Positions 53,565 to 64,000 of a DNA stretch of 64,000 bases are shown here, one piece after another (positions within the stretch are counted from its first letter, which is position 1; every line of letters starts with the position of its first letter). This stretch comes from Synechococcales cyanobacterium S06 (GTDB taxonomy: Bacteria > Cyanobacteriota > Cyanobacteriia > Cyanobacteriales > JAABRE01). A program made the translations under genes and the position numbers. Under the pieces are notes generated by a model that was not told the origin of the DNA, searched no databases, and worked only from the letters and a program-made list of their open reading frames with translations. The DNA lies in NCBI GenBank assembly GCA_011391125.1, contig JAABRE010000004.1, positions 26,921 to 90,920 of the forward strand. The letters run 5' to 3'.

Positions 53565-55094
53565 CTATTTCAAACAGCGAATGGCCTCCAAAAGGCCTCT
53601 TGCTTTATTGAGGGTTTCCTGATACTCATTTTCGGGGATGGAATCCGCAACTAAACCAGCGCCAGCTTGTACAGAAACCTCAAGTTGAGTGGGCCGGGGT
53701 TGTACAATCATGGTCCTAATGGTGATGGCGCTATTCAATTGGCCTTCAAAGTCATAGTAGCCGTAAACCCCGGAATATGGACCCCTGCGACAGGGTTCAA
53801 GTTCCTGTATTATCTCCATAGCGCGGATTTTGGGCGCTCCACTGACTGTTCCGGCGGGAAAACAAGCTTTGAGTAAATCCCAAGCGGTTTTATCTGGTGC
53901 TAATTCGCCAACCACGTTGGAAACGATGTGCATCACGTGGGAATAACGCTCAATTACCATCAATTCATCGACTTTGACGCTTCCTTTGACGCAAACCCGC
54001 CCTAAATCGTTACGTCCTAAATCAACCAACATGACGTGTTCGGCTATTTCTTTGGGGTCTTCTAATAAATCTAGGGCCAAACGTTGATCTTCGGCGCTGG
54101 TTTTACCCCTTGGTCTAGTTCCGGCGATGGGTCTTACGGTGGCCTTGATTTGACCGTTTTCGGTTTTTTCGGCTTTGACCATGACTTCGGGTGATGAACC
54201 GATGATTTGCCAATCACCAAAGTTATAATAAGCCATGTAGGGTGAGGGGTTGACTACCCTTAAGGAGCGATACAGGTCAAAGGGGTGTCCACTGTAACAA
54301 GTGGATAACCGTTGGGAAATAACGACTTGAAAAATATCCCCGGCTTTGATGTATTCTTTGGCTTTTAGCACATTATCGCAAAATTTGTCTTGATCGGTGT
54401 TACTTTGATATTCTAATTCGGTTTTTTCTTGTTCTTTTGTTGCAATAGACACCCATTCTAAGGGTTTTGCTTGCACTGGGGCGGGTAATTGCAGTTTTAA
54501 TACTAACTTCGTGACTTGATCGCAGGCGATTTGATATGCTTCCTCTAAACTGGTGTCGGGGTTCTGTAAATCAGCGTAGGCGATCGCCCAAATTTTCCGT
54601 TGTACCTGATCAAAAATCATCAAGTTGTCAATTTGCATCCACACGCCATCGGGTAAATCGGCTTCGGTGGCGGGATGAATCGGTACTCTAGGCTCGATCC
54701 AGTTAATCAATTCATAACCCCAAAAGCCAAATAAACCGCCAATTCCCGAGGGTAACTGGGGCAATTTAACGGGGTGAATTTTGTTTAAACAATTGTCAAG
54801 TATCTCAAAAGGATTGCCGTTAAATTCGACAATAGTGCCATCCCGATGGGTTTGAGTGGTGATTTCGCCCCTAGCTTCCAAAGTCCACACGGGATCGCAA
54901 CCTAATAAACTGTAGCGGCCGACTTTCTCACCACCTTCGACGGATTCGAGGAGAAAATTGTAACGACTATCACCACAAACCTTATACCAAGCGGAAACAG
55001 GGGTTTCTAAATCGGCGATCCATTCTTTATAGACAGGAATAAAATTACCCTGTTTAGCGAGTACGCAAAACTGCTCAAAATCAGGAAAAATCAT
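53565..55094 (-). CDS. trpE: Anthranilate synthase component I
   Basis: LLESVEGGEKVGRYS, GAGLVADSIPENEYQET and SGAPKIRAMEII signatures. 509 aa. Confidence 0.9.
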   Translation of the reverse strand: MIFPDFEQFCVLAKQGNFIPVYKEWIADLETPVSAWYKVCGDSRYNFLLESVEGGEKVGRYSLLGCDPVWTLEARGEITTQTHRDGTIVEFNGNPFEILDNCLNKIHPVKLPQLPSGIGGLFGFWGYELINWIEPRVPIHPATEADLPDGVWMQIDNLMIFDQVQRKIWAIAYADLQNPDTSLEEAYQIACDQVTKLVLKLQLPAPVQAKPLEWVSIATKEQEKTELEYQSNTDQDKFCDNVLKAKEYIKAGDIFQVVISQRLSTCYSGHPFDLYRSLRVVNPSPYMAYYNFGDWQIIGSSPEVMVKAEKTENGQIKATVRPIAGTRPRGKTSAEDQRLALDLLEDPKEIAEHVMLVDLGRNDLGRVCVKGSVKVDELMVIERYSHVMHIVSNVVGELAPDKTAWDLLKACFPAGTVSGAPKIRAMEIIQELEPCRRGPYSGVYGYYDFEGQLNSAITIRTMIVQPRPTQLEVSVQAGAGLVADSIPENEYQETLNKARGLLEAIRCLK

Positions 55095-55253
55095 AATAGT
55101 TAATAAGTAATAGTTATTAGTGAATAATTAATAATGATTATTTGCTATGGATAATTAATAATTAAACTTTTTTTCAATTAACAATTAACAATTAATTGGT
55201 AAAATCAATAAGGAAAATTTTACCCGCAATTGTCAATTGTTAATTGTTAGAAG

Positions 55254-55685
55254 TTAGACTTCGTAAGGAGCTTTACCAGAAAACTTCAGAGTTGCGGGCT
55301 CTGGGTTTTTGCCAATATTGCGATCAACTTTGCCGTTGAAAGTACGACCTTCATTTACTTTTTCAGGGAATACTCCATCAGCAGGGTGAAGAAATTGGGT
55401 TTCACCACTGGGATAAATGCGGTAGATTTTGTAATCTTGAATTTTGGGTTTAAATTTGGTTCTTAATTGAGTACCCAAAGCTAAACACTGCTCTTTACGA
55501 GCAAAATAAAGTAGGTTTTCGCCAGCGTTCATGACCGCTGCGCCACCAGTAGGCATTTCAAATACTTGTTCAGTTTTGCTGCTCCAAGTGATGGCGTATT
55601 TTTCTTCCCTGTCAGCTTTGCTCAACAAACCGCCGGTACTACCTCCAAATTGAGGCATTTTTCCAGTAAGCTTAATCTCTGTCAT
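55254..55685 (-). CDS. psaD: Photosystem I reaction centre subunit II
   Basis: [24 protein letters not shown] and YRIYPSGE...[16 protein letters not shown] match PsaD. 143 aa. Confidence 0.95.
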   Translation of the reverse strand: MTEIKLTGKMPQFGGSTGGLLSKADREEKYAITWSSKTEQVFEMPTGGAAVMNAGENLLYFARKEQCLALGTQLRTKFKPKIQDYKIYRIYPSGETQFLHPADGVFPEKVNEGRTFNGKVDRNIGKNPEPATLKFSGKAPYEV

Positions 55686-55837
55686 AATTAAACGTCTCTC
55701 AAAAAATATATTTAGAGAATATTCTCAGTAAAGCTTATTTTAACTTCACTTTCGCTATATTATACTGACGTTTCCTTTTAATCTTATTTAACTGTTACGA
55801 TCTGTAACACTTTGTTATATTTTCCTTGTTACTTATT

Positions 55838-57766
55838 TCAACCACTAAAAATGGGGATGGTGAAATGAAATTCGCTGCCTTTGTTTTTTCCTTCTGATTG
55901 AGCCCAAATTTGTCCCCCCCATCCTTTGACAATTTGCCGACAGATAGCTAATCCTAATCCAGTTCCCCCGACACTGCGACGTAATGATCCTTCTTCTTGG
56001 TAAAAGCGATCAAAAATTGTCTCTAAGCTGTTGGTTTCAATGCCCCTTCCCGTGTCGGCTATGGTTACTTCTAAGCTGGAGCGACCTTTGGTGTTAACTT
56101 TGATGGTAATTTGCCCTTTTTCGTTGCTAAATTTACAAGCGTTATCCAATAATTTCGCCAAAACTTCCACTAACCATTCTCCATCCGCTTTGACGAGGGG
56201 TAAGTCGGGGGAAATAGGAGCGGTTATTTGGGGTAATTTTTGCGATCGAAAATGTGCTTTTACGTTACTGATCGCTAATTCGACGCATTCTTGCAGGGAT
56301 AAGGCTTCAATATTCCATTCAATCCTACCACTTTCGAGTTGGGAGAGGGTGAGAAAATCTTGCACCAGTTTGCGCATCCTTTCCGCGTCTATCAGGGCTG
56401 TATTTAGCATGATTTGACGTAATTCTAGGGGCATATCCGGCTCGCTTGCGAGACTTTCTAAGCATACTTGAATGGTGGAAAGGGGAGTGCGCAATTCGTG
56501 GCCGGTTATGGCTACTAGGTTAGAACGAGTGCGATCTAAGGCCGCTAGTTGTTCGTTTAAATCCTCTAAATTGGCGTAGGATTCCGCTTGAATTAAGGCG
56601 ACTCCGATTTGGGTGGCGATCGCATCCACGAGGGCAATATCCTCACTTTGCCATGGTTCGGGAATCGGTTCACAATGGTGTAATTCCACCATTCCGAGTA
56701 CTTTTCCTTGGTAAAGTACCGGAACTAAGAGCCAAGATGAAATTGAACAGCTAGACACTAAATTTTCAATGGCTTTGATGGAAATGCGGTGATCACTGAA
56801 AGTATTATCAATGCTAATGGATTCCCGTAATTCTAACATCTGTTGAAATAAAGGATTATCTTGTAAAGGCCATTTTTTTCCTTTCAAAGATTTAATACCG
56901 GGGGTTAAGAATTCATGGTTAATGGTGGCGACAGCGTCATTTTCATGGCAACGATAAACAACGCAACGACAAACTCCTAAACCTTCCCCTAATTTTTGCA
57001 CTGCTAATTGCATAATTTCATCAGGATCTAAGGACCGTCTAATGGTCATGGTCAGATCATTAATTAAACGTTCTTTATGCTCCTTAATTGCCAGATTTCG
57101 ATTAGCTTTCATGAGCTTATATTGACTAGCTTGAAGGTAGTTTAAAAGCCTTTGCACAAAAGGATCGGATTCGGTGGTAATTAAATTTTTCTTGTTACGT
57201 TTTAGTTGCCAACCTAGCAGTAATTTTCGTCCTTGGGCAATTTTTGTTTCTAATTCTGGTCGATATTTTAAGACCCTTTTTAACAAGATATCCGCTGCTT
57301 TGTAGCTAACTTGGCGATCGAATGTCCAAATTCCTTCAAAACGCCGATTGTTATCAATGACATCATAATTTGGGCTTAAAGGATGGCCAATTTTTTCGCG
57401 ACAAATCAAACAACTGGCATATTGTTCTCCAATTACCACTAAGTGCCATTCTTGACTTAAACTATCTTCAGAGTTGAAAGCTATGGTTTCATAAACCTCC
57501 GAAGCATTTTTAAATTCCGTTTCGGGAGCAGCTAAAATATAAACTTGATCGCTTTTTTGGGCAATACGATTATAGCGGTGCGCTTCTTGGCGATAAAAAC
57601 GTTCTTGCTGAAAACTAGCAATAATCAAGGGTTGAAAACTGCCGGCCAAAACTTGATCTTCCATGGCATGGGACAAAGCCGTTAATGACGACTTAAAATA
57701 CATTTGTGGCCGCCAATTCGGTAATATTTTTAGTAATTCGTCTAAAACAGAAATATTAATACTCAT
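55838..57766 (-). CDS. Sensor histidine kinase with an N-terminal sensory region, then GAF, HisKA and HATPase domains
   Basis: H-box ITGHELRTPLSTI. N/G boxes LLDNACKF and DTGRGI...GTGLGLAICRQIV. A GAF-like central region is present. I prefer the ATG at 57766 over the TTG at 57787. Confidence 0.8.
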   Translation of the reverse strand: MSINISVLDELLKILPNWRPQMYFKSSLTALSHAMEDQVLAGSFQPLIIASFQQERFYRQEAHRYNRIAQKSDQVYILAAPETEFKNASEVYETIAFNSEDSLSQEWHLVVIGEQYASCLICREKIGHPLSPNYDVIDNNRRFEGIWTFDRQVSYKAADILLKRVLKYRPELETKIAQGRKLLLGWQLKRNKKNLITTESDPFVQRLLNYLQASQYKLMKANRNLAIKEHKERLINDLTMTIRRSLDPDEIMQLAVQKLGEGLGVCRCVVYRCHENDAVATINHEFLTPGIKSLKGKKWPLQDNPLFQQMLELRESISIDNTFSDHRISIKAIENLVSSCSISSWLLVPVLYQGKVLGMVELHHCEPIPEPWQSEDIALVDAIATQIGVALIQAESYANLEDLNEQLAALDRTRSNLVAITGHELRTPLSTIQVCLESLASEPDMPLELRQIMLNTALIDAERMRKLVQDFLTLSQLESGRIEWNIEALSLQECVELAISNVKAHFRSQKLPQITAPISPDLPLVKADGEWLVEVLAKLLDNACKFSNEKGQITIKVNTKGRSSLEVTIADTGRGIETNSLETIFDRFYQEEGSLRRSVGGTGLGLAICRQIVKGWGGQIWAQSEGKNKGSEFHFTIPIFSG

Positions 57767-57887
57767 TGATGGCGACAATCTCTGCAAATAATGACATTTT
57801 AATAATTACTTTTGATCATAAACTTATTTATTCTCTAATTTCTTATATTTAAGAAATGTAAACTTATTAATTCTTGGTTTAGAAAAT

Positions 57888-59216
57888 ATGCTAACTGAAA
57901 AATCCCCGTCAAATTATCCCCTACCTCCTGGTAGTTTCGGGCTACCTTTAATAGGGGAAACCCTGAGTTTTCTGACCGATCGCCAGTTTCAAAAAAAGAG
58001 GTTAAACAAGTATGGAAACACCTTTAAAACTAACCTATTTGGTAATTCAACGGTGGTGATGATCGGAAGTGAAGCCAACACTTTTTTATTCAAAAATGAG
58101 AATAAATATGTGCGGGCGGCTTGGCCAAAAAGTACAAGAGAGCTGCTCGGACCTGGTTCTTTATCAGTACAACAAGGCAACATTCACACTGAGCGGCGAA
58201 AATTATTATATCAGGCTTTTCAACCGCGAGCTTTAGAAAGTTATATTCCCACCATGACAAATATTACTAATAAATATTTAACAAAGTGGGAAAAAGAGCA
58301 TACTTTAACTTGGTATCCTGAGTTAAGAAATTATACTTTTGATATTGCGAGTAGTTTATTTGTTGGTGATGAAAAAGGTTCAGAAACTACTTTAGGAACA
58401 CTTTTTGAAAGTTGGGTTAGTGGTTTATTTAGCCTGCCAATTAATTTACCTTGGACTACTTTTGGGAAAGCGAAAAAAGCCCGGGAAAATTTACTTAAAT
58501 ATATCGAAAAAATTATTGTCGAAAGACAAAAATCTACTGACTTTGGTGAGGATACTTTAGGATTACTTTTACAAGCAAAAGATGAGGAGGGAAATAGCCT
58601 TAGTTTAGCGGAATTAAAGGACCAAATACTTACCTTATTATTTGCTGGTCACGAAACTTTAACTTCGGGAATAACTTCCTTTTGTCTGTTAACCTCTCAA
58701 CACCCCGAAGTCAAGGAAAAAATGCGTCAAGAACAGGAAAAATTGGGCATTTCTAATCCTTTTACCCTGGAAAATTTAAAGCAAATGACCTATCTTGACC
58801 AAGTTCTCAAGGAGGTGTTACGTTTTATTCCTCCGGTGACAGGAGGTTTTCGCGAAGTGATAGAAACCTTTGAGTTTAATGGTTATTTAATACCCCAAGG
58901 TTGGACAGTTCAATATAATATTAAACAGAGTCATTATGACGCTGCAATTTATCAAAATCCCGAACAATTTGACCCAGATCGCTTTAGTCCAGAAAGGGAA
59001 GAAGATAAGCAAAAAAGTTTTAGTTATCTTCCTTTTGGAGGCGGTTTAAGGGAATGTATCGGCAAGGAATTTGCGCGGTTAGAAATGAAAATTTTTGCGG
59101 CTATGTTAGTGGGTAATTATGATTGGGAATTATTACCAGATCAAAACCTTGAAATGAAAGTTATTCCCACACCAATTCCCCAAGATGGTTTAAAAGTTAA
59201 GTTCCTTCGTCGTTAA
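57888..59216 (+). CDS. Cytochrome P450, CYP120-like
   Basis: Heme-binding FGGGLRECIGKEFA, I-helix LLFAGHETLTS, and N-terminal PPGSFGLPLIGETLSFL. It is co-linear with Synechocystis CYP120A1 as I remember that sequence. Confidence 0.85.
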   Translation: MLTEKSPSNYPLPPGSFGLPLIGETLSFLTDRQFQKKRLNKYGNTFKTNLFGNSTVVMIGSEANTFLFKNENKYVRAAWPKSTRELLGPGSLSVQQGNIHTERRKLLYQAFQPRALESYIPTMTNITNKYLTKWEKEHTLTWYPELRNYTFDIASSLFVGDEKGSETTLGTLFESWVSGLFSLPINLPWTTFGKAKKARENLLKYIEKIIVERQKSTDFGEDTLGLLLQAKDEEGNSLSLAELKDQILTLLFAGHETLTSGITSFCLLTSQHPEVKEKMRQEQEKLGISNPFTLENLKQMTYLDQVLKEVLRFIPPVTGGFREVIETFEFNGYLIPQGWTVQYNIKQSHYDAAIYQNPEQFDPDRFSPEREEDKQKSFSYLPFGGGLRECIGKEFARLEMKIFAAMLVGNYDWELLPDQNLEMKVIPTPIPQDGLKVKFLRR

Positions 59217-59220
59217 AAAA

Positions 59221-59264
59221 GGTGGGCAATTAAAGATAATTAATAAGTTAAAATAATTGCCTAC
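59221..59264. repeat. Hairpin element GGTGGGCAATTA ... TAATTGCCTAC between convergent genes
   Basis: Terminal inverted repeat read directly. Same family as 8321-8378. Confidence 0.7.
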
Positions 59265-59268
59265 TAAT

Positions 59269-60012
59269 TTATTCTGGTTCAACTCCTAATGATCTCAATT
59301 GTGCCGCTAATTTTTGAGCTTTCTTTTCTGCTTCAGAGGCGCGATTTTCTGCTTCAGAGGCGCGATTTTCTGCTTCAGAGGCACGATTTTCTGCTTCAGA
59401 GGCTTTTTCATCTCCACTTAAGAGAATGTTACCATGGCGATCGCACCAACGTAACCAAATATCATTTCTACCTTCAAATTCCCCTGACCAAAGAGTTAAA
59501 CCTAAACCCACTTGTTCTAACCAAGTTTCTTGGGTTTCAAAATACTTACTTCCCTTGATTTCAAAAATGCGCAATCTGGATTCCCCTAAATGTTGAGCCG
59601 GATCATAAACTATATAATAACTAACCCGCATTCGTTGATAAATTTTTAATTTCTCGCCTAATTCTTCGCCGATTTTATTAGAAACAATTTCGATCGCCAC
59701 TTCGGGTACTTTACCAAACTCCCAAACCAAATAACAACGATGGGCTTTTTCCCACCAATTTTCTGGAGTTGTCACGTCTAAACTGACAAAAACATCAGGC
59801 ACAACGGGAGGCATTCCAATATTATGATAAATACCCACATTCGCAGCTGCTAAAAATAACTCTGTTGGTTTTGCACTATACAAAACGCTGGTTAACAAAC
59901 GTTGATGCTTTTCTGAACAAAAGTTATCCACCGGTGTGTCATCCTCCGTGATTAAATTACTAATATCAGGTTCTAAAATGGGAGTTACTTCTTTAGTCAA
60001 TTGTTGAACCAT
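59269..60012 (-). CDS. Uma2-family (DUF820) endonuclease-like protein with a repeat-expanded C-terminal tail
   Basis: VPDVFVSLDV...VAIEIVS core, LRWCDRHGNILL, then ASEAENR three times. Confidence 0.75.
   Translation of the reverse strand: MVQQLTKEVTPILEPDISNLITEDDTPVDNFCSEKHQRLLTSVLYSAKPTELFLAAANVGIYHNIGMPPVVPDVFVSLDVTTPENWWEKAHRCYLVWEFGKVPEVAIEIVSNKIGEELGEKLKIYQRMRVSYYIVYDPAQHLGESRLRIFEIKGSKYFETQETWLEQVGLGLTLWSGEFEGRNDIWLRWCDRHGNILLSGDEKASEAENRASEAENRASEAENRASEAEKKAQKLAAQLRSLGVEPE
59329..59408. repeat. 21-bp tandem repeat (about 3.7 units) inside the Uma2 CDS
   Basis: TCTGCTTCAGAGGC(G/A)CGATTT repeated, encoding (ASEAENR)n on the minus strand. Confidence 0.9.
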
Positions 60013-60177
60013 AGTTTTACCCTAATTATTTGAGATGTTTATCTTATTTTAACTTAAATATTATTGGCAACTTGTAAAATCAATTTATGAATAAGAGGGG
60101 AGGAAAGTCCCGCTTTTCTGGTCATTAATATAGTAGGGAGATCAAATGTTAAAATGTTTCCCACCTTACAGCGATCA

Positions 60178-61278
60178 TTATTGCAATTCTTTAAACTTAT
60201 TGTGAGCATTTTTAAGTAAATCTTGTGCTTGAGAATAAACGGTTGTACCCGCTTCCACCTGTTTTAAATCATTAATAATACTTTGCAATTCTGCTTTAGT
60301 TTTATTAACATTTAAGTCTTGGGGATTACTCGGAGTAGAAGCAATTAAACTGTCTATTTTCCTTTGTGTTTCTTGAAAAATTTGAGTAGATTTGTCCTCA
60401 TTTTCTTTCCTAATTTCGATGGTTGCTAAATTACCTTGATAATTCGCCAATAAAGTTTGTGCTTCTAAATAGCCAATATTATTCTGAGGTATTTGCTCAA
60501 CTTTGCTAATGGCTTCTTGCCATAAATTTTGGCATTTTTCCCAGAAATTTACCTTATAGGGCGGATTTTCGCACATTTTCACCGCTTGAATGGCAAATTG
60601 TTGCGCTACACTAATCATGGTGTTGGTTTGTTGGGTATCCGAAACAACGCCGACCACTTCCTGAAAGTCTCTCTGATATGCTACCAATTTAGTTTGAGCC
60701 TGTTTTCCAGCAAAGGTTTCTTGGGGAATTTGACTTATTTGATCTAGTCCCGTTTGCCATGAATTAACGATGGTTTTTTGCGTTGCTGGATCAGTCGCTG
60801 CTGGATAGGCTTGTTGAGACTGTTGTATCGTAGCTTCAGCTTTGTCTAATTCCGTCAAGGCGTTTTGTTCCTGAAAAACCTTCGCTTCCATGCGACCAAT
60901 TTTACGGCGTGCTGCTTCAAATTCGTCGATGGTAAACTGCCAACTACACGAAAAAAAACTACAGACTTTTTGGGGCTCGTAGCCTAAAAACCATACTGGG
61001 AGTGCGTTTAAGTTTTCTTTGGCTAATTGTGTTTTTTCAGCACCGAGTTGAATATCAGCGTTGCTCGTAGCTTGAATAATTAACTGGTCGGATTGCTCAA
61101 CGTTGGCGATCGCCTCCCGGTAGTTATAATCCATGCTCAGGTAACTCGGTAATAGCAGAATCGGTGCAACTTTGGCCACCGGCCGACGAATCATGGGGTA
61201 AGGTAAATTTACTAGCCAAATTAAGCCTGCTGTGCCTAAAATGGTGATCATTCCGAAGCCAAATAATTTGAGTTTCAT
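60178..61278 (-). CDS. Hypothetical membrane-anchored, largely helical protein
   Basis: 366-aa ORF with an N-terminal TM segment (ITILGTAGLIWLV). The rest is Q/A/E-rich and helical. No recognisable catalytic motif. Confidence 0.5.
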   Translation of the reverse strand: MKLKLFGFGMITILGTAGLIWLVNLPYPMIRRPVAKVAPILLLPSYLSMDYNYREAIANVEQSDQLIIQATSNADIQLGAEKTQLAKENLNALPVWFLGYEPQKVCSFFSCSWQFTIDEFEAARRKIGRMEAKVFQEQNALTELDKAEATIQQSQQAYPAATDPATQKTIVNSWQTGLDQISQIPQETFAGKQAQTKLVAYQRDFQEVVGVVSDTQQTNTMISVAQQFAIQAVKMCENPPYKVNFWEKCQNLWQEAISKVEQIPQNNIGYLEAQTLLANYQGNLATIEIRKENEDKSTQIFQETQRKIDSLIASTPSNPQDLNVNKTKAELQSIINDLKQVEAGTTVYSQAQDLLKNAHNKFKELQ

Positions 61279-61388
61279 AAGTTAAAATATAATTGATCTT
61301 TAAGTGATTATAACAGGTTGCTGTCAACAAGTCAGAAATCCGAAGATTTCGAATTTCTCAGATCAAAAATTAGTTAAAAAAGTTAGTT

Positions 61389-62363
61389 ATGAATTATATT
61401 TACAAACCATCTTGGCAGATTTCCGAAAATGAAGTAACTTCCGAAAGTGTTTATTTTGGCCGTCGTAATTTCCTGAAAAGTTTAATCGGAATTGGTCTTA
61501 CTTCTAGTTTATTACCTTTAACAGGTTGTCAAAAATCTGCCTCGGAAACTGCTTTAGAAAATACCATAAATTCGCCGAAATTAATGGCAATTACTAACCC
61601 TAAATTTGCACAAGTAGATCGCCCTATAACGGAGGAATTATTAGCGGCCAAATATAACAATTTTTATGAATTTGGCGGTACTAAAAATATCTGGTTAAAG
61701 TCGCAAAAATTACCTTTAGATAACTGGAAAATTGAGGTAACTGGTTTAGTTAAAAAACCTCGTATTTATGACTTAGATACTATCAAAAAAGAGTTTGAAT
61801 TAGAGGAGAGAATTTATCGTTTTCGCTGTGTAGAAGCTTGGTCTATGGTGTTACCTTGGTTGGGTTTTCCCATGAAAAAATTACTGGCAGCAGTTGAACC
61901 AACTTCCGAGGCTAAATATGTCCGTTTTACTTCGTTTTATGATCCCCAAATTACCACTGGTCCTGGGATACATTTAGGAGAACTTCCTTGGCCTTATACT
62001 GAGGGTTTAAGAATAGAAGAAATGGCGAATGAATTGGCATTTTTGGCGATCGGAATTTATGGTCATGAATTACCAAAACAACACGGTGCACCTTTACGGA
62101 TGGTTCTTCCTTGGAAATACGGTTTTAAGGGGGCAAAATCCATTGTGAAAATCGAATTTTTAGCGACTCAACCAGCTACTTATTGGAACACAATTAACGC
62201 CTCTGAATACGATTTTGAAGCAAATGTTAACCCGACCAAACCCCATCCCCGTTGGTCACAAGCTACGGAAAAATTTATTAGTAATGGTCCCAATATAAGC
62301 TGGCAAATTAAGGAAACTTTACCTTACAACGGTTATGGTGACTATGTAGCTAGTTTATATTAA
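61389..62363 (+). CDS. msrP: Protein-methionine-sulfoxide reductase catalytic subunit (YedY/MsrP, molybdopterin-dependent)
   Basis: Tat-like RRNFLKSL, YNNFYEFG, RFRCVEAWSMVLPW and GAPLRMVLPWKYGFKGAKSIV. Confidence 0.85.
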   Translation: MNYIYKPSWQISENEVTSESVYFGRRNFLKSLIGIGLTSSLLPLTGCQKSASETALENTINSPKLMAITNPKFAQVDRPITEELLAAKYNNFYEFGGTKNIWLKSQKLPLDNWKIEVTGLVKKPRIYDLDTIKKEFELEERIYRFRCVEAWSMVLPWLGFPMKKLLAAVEPTSEAKYVRFTSFYDPQITTGPGIHLGELPWPYTEGLRIEEMANELAFLAIGIYGHELPKQHGAPLRMVLPWKYGFKGAKSIVKIEFLATQPATYWNTINASEYDFEANVNPTKPHPRWSQATEKFISNGPNISWQIKETLPYNGYGDYVASLY

Positions 62364-62414
62364 ATATTTTTGGCAACCAAAATAACTTATGGGGTAGTGG
62401 ATTTAACTATTAGA

Positions 62415-63425
62415 TTAATTGTTAATTGCTACTCTATTTCTACCCGTATCTTTAGCTTTATATAAGGCTTCATCTGCTTTTTTTATTAACTCTTTAGGGC
62501 TGGAATTAACATCAGGAATACAAGAAGCTATTCCCAAACTAATACTAACATAATCACTGACACGGGAAGCTTGATGTATTATTTTTAAAGAAGCAATTTT
62601 TTGGCGTATATTTTCGGCCACCATAAAAGCACCTTTACTATCCGTATTTGGCAAAATTACCGCCATTTCTTCACCACCATAACGAGCTGCTAAATCCGCA
62701 GCTCGTTTAGCTTGATTACTAATAACATTAGCGATTTTTTCTAAACATTGATCACCCGCTTGATGACCATAAGTATCATTATAAAATTTAAAAAAATCAA
62801 TATCACAAAGTATTAAAGAAAGGGGTTGTTCTTGTCGGGCCATTACTCCCCATTGTTGATATAAATATTCGTCAAAACGTCGTCTATTTGATAACTGAGT
62901 CAAGGAATCAATATTAACTAATCTTTTTAATTCATGATTAGCTATTTCTAATTGTTGATACAAACGAGTTTGAGCTAATAAACGTCTAACTCTTTGCTTT
63001 AAAACTGCCCAATGAATGGGTTTGGTAACATAATCAGTAGCACCGACATTAAAGGCTTTATTAACAGATTCTTCATCGTCTAAACCAGTAATCATCAAAA
63101 TTGGTAATTTATCAATGGAAGCAAGAATTTTATCGCTTTCATGGGTTTTATTATAATCATTAAAAATGGAGTTTTTAGCTGAGAGTTTTTTTAATTCTTG
63201 ACAACAAGTAAAACCATCCATAACGGGCATTTGTGCATCTAAAAGAACCAAATCCGGCGGATTTTTGAGATAACTTTCGAGACATTCTAAACCATTGGTC
63301 ACTTGTGTGACTTGATAGCCTTCTTTTTCCATAACTTTTGCGATTAAAGTTCTGATCACTTTATCATCATCAACCACTAAAATAGAAGGATGTTGTTGTT
63401 TCCAATCAAGATAATTCATTTTCAA
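62415..63425 (-). CDS. Response regulator receiver domain fused to a GGDEF diguanylate cyclase domain
   Basis: REC domain: ILVVDDD...LVLLDAQMPVMDG. GGDEF domain: RAADLAARYGGEEMAVIL, with an I-site RxxD present and the active-site variant GGEEM. Confidence 0.85.
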   Translation of the reverse strand: MKMNYLDWKQQHPSILVVDDDKVIRTLIAKVMEKEGYQVTQVTNGLECLESYLKNPPDLVLLDAQMPVMDGFTCCQELKKLSAKNSIFNDYNKTHESDKILASIDKLPILMITGLDDEESVNKAFNVGATDYVTKPIHWAVLKQRVRRLLAQTRLYQQLEIANHELKRLVNIDSLTQLSNRRRFDEYLYQQWGVMARQEQPLSLILCDIDFFKFYNDTYGHQAGDQCLEKIANVISNQAKRAADLAARYGGEEMAVILPNTDSKGAFMVAENIRQKIASLKIIHQASRVSDYVSISLGIASCIPDVNSSPKELIKKADEALYKAKDTGRNRVAINN

Positions 63426-63567
63426 TATTTTGTTTTTCCTGTTGTAATTTAATTATCACCTTTTGATGTTCTTTTGTTAATTAAGAAATAAAAGCCGAAG
63501 TCGGTGGCTGATTTTGTTTGGTCAGAAACTCCTCTTGATGAGCAATTTCCGAATCATCGGTCATGTA

Positions 63568-63599
63568 AATTAACAATTAACAATTAACAATTAACAATT
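63568..63599. repeat. Heptanucleotide tandem repeat AATTAAC x4
   Basis: Read directly. Confidence 0.9.
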
Positions 63600-64000
63600 T
63601 CCTCCTCAAGAGGAGGGGAGACTTGAAAAGAAGAATCAGAATAATTCTTTTTTCTCAACTAATTGGGGAGGTTTCCCTTTTTTTGGTAAAAATTCTGACT
63701 ATTTTAGGGTCAGAAGAAAGGATAATGCAGCGATTATATTTATTTCCACACTGTTAATTTAAGTACGTCTATTAAAGAAGTATTTGCCGACAAAGTAACC
63801 GGATTTTTAGCCCGTATTTTGTCAAGATTGGGAGCAGAAAATATGGTCATTTTAGTTATTACTTGTTAGTTAATTCAGTAGAAACCTATTCTAATAAGTC
63901 CTTGACCAAAAAGCCGCAGATTTTGTGGTTTCCTCCTCTTTTAAGAGGAAAAATAGAAGAATATTATTCATTCTACTGACTTCATTTCGTGTAGGAGTTA

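Noticed and set aside
1-64000. Search for tRNA, rRNA or tmRNA genes, prophage or IS elements, integrases, reverse transcriptases and cas genes
   Set aside because: I found no cloverleaf-like conserved T-arm or anticodon-arm patterns. I found no ORF with DDE-transposase, integrase or RT motifs. All the repeat elements seen are short and non-coding (non-autonomous).

Overview
This is an AT-rich cyanobacterial chromosome segment. Evidence for that origin is the recurring HIP1 octamer GCGATCGC, the genes psaD, cbbY and a CYP120-type P450, and heptanucleotide tandem repeats in gene leaders. I support about 50 protein-coding genes. I saw no rRNA, tRNA, CRISPR array, transposase or integrase.

Housekeeping genes: lgt, prmA, serA, secG, gpmI, miaB, trpE, psaD, msrP and cbbY. 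They are interleaved with a large accessory, conflict-type gene load:

1. A tight four-gene operon at 366-8289 encodes a PLD-nuclease/SNF2-helicase fusion, an MNT, a HEPN protein and a 1259-aa Eco57I-like N6-adenine methyltransferase.
2. Two further single-chain type IIG/ISP-like enzymes (PD-ExK nuclease, gamma-class methyltransferase and specificity domain) lie at 27793-31079 and 42360-45755. Both are broken by small repeat elements.
3. A membrane vWA protein sits next to a ~1085-aa tubulin/FtsZ-like GTPase with a C-terminal zinc ribbon (31317-35564). A GNAT/DUF1778 toxin-antitoxin pair lies 6 bp upstream. I consider this the best candidate for an undescribed system.
4. A translationally coupled two-gene cassette with a PIN-like product lies at 38182-39251.
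5. Also present are two Uma2-family endonucleases and one DUF4058 protein, a CHAT-TPR protein and a secreted PLD/ComEA-like nuclease.

The second major theme is dense colonisation by several families of short G/C-rich palindromic, MITE-like elements. Inside coding sequence I found them only in the three methyltransferase genes. There, tandem periods are multiples of 3 (36, 39, 42 and 78 bp), whereas the intergenic array has a 65-bp period. All functional calls rest on motifs read by eye and on remembered family knowledge. No database search was run.
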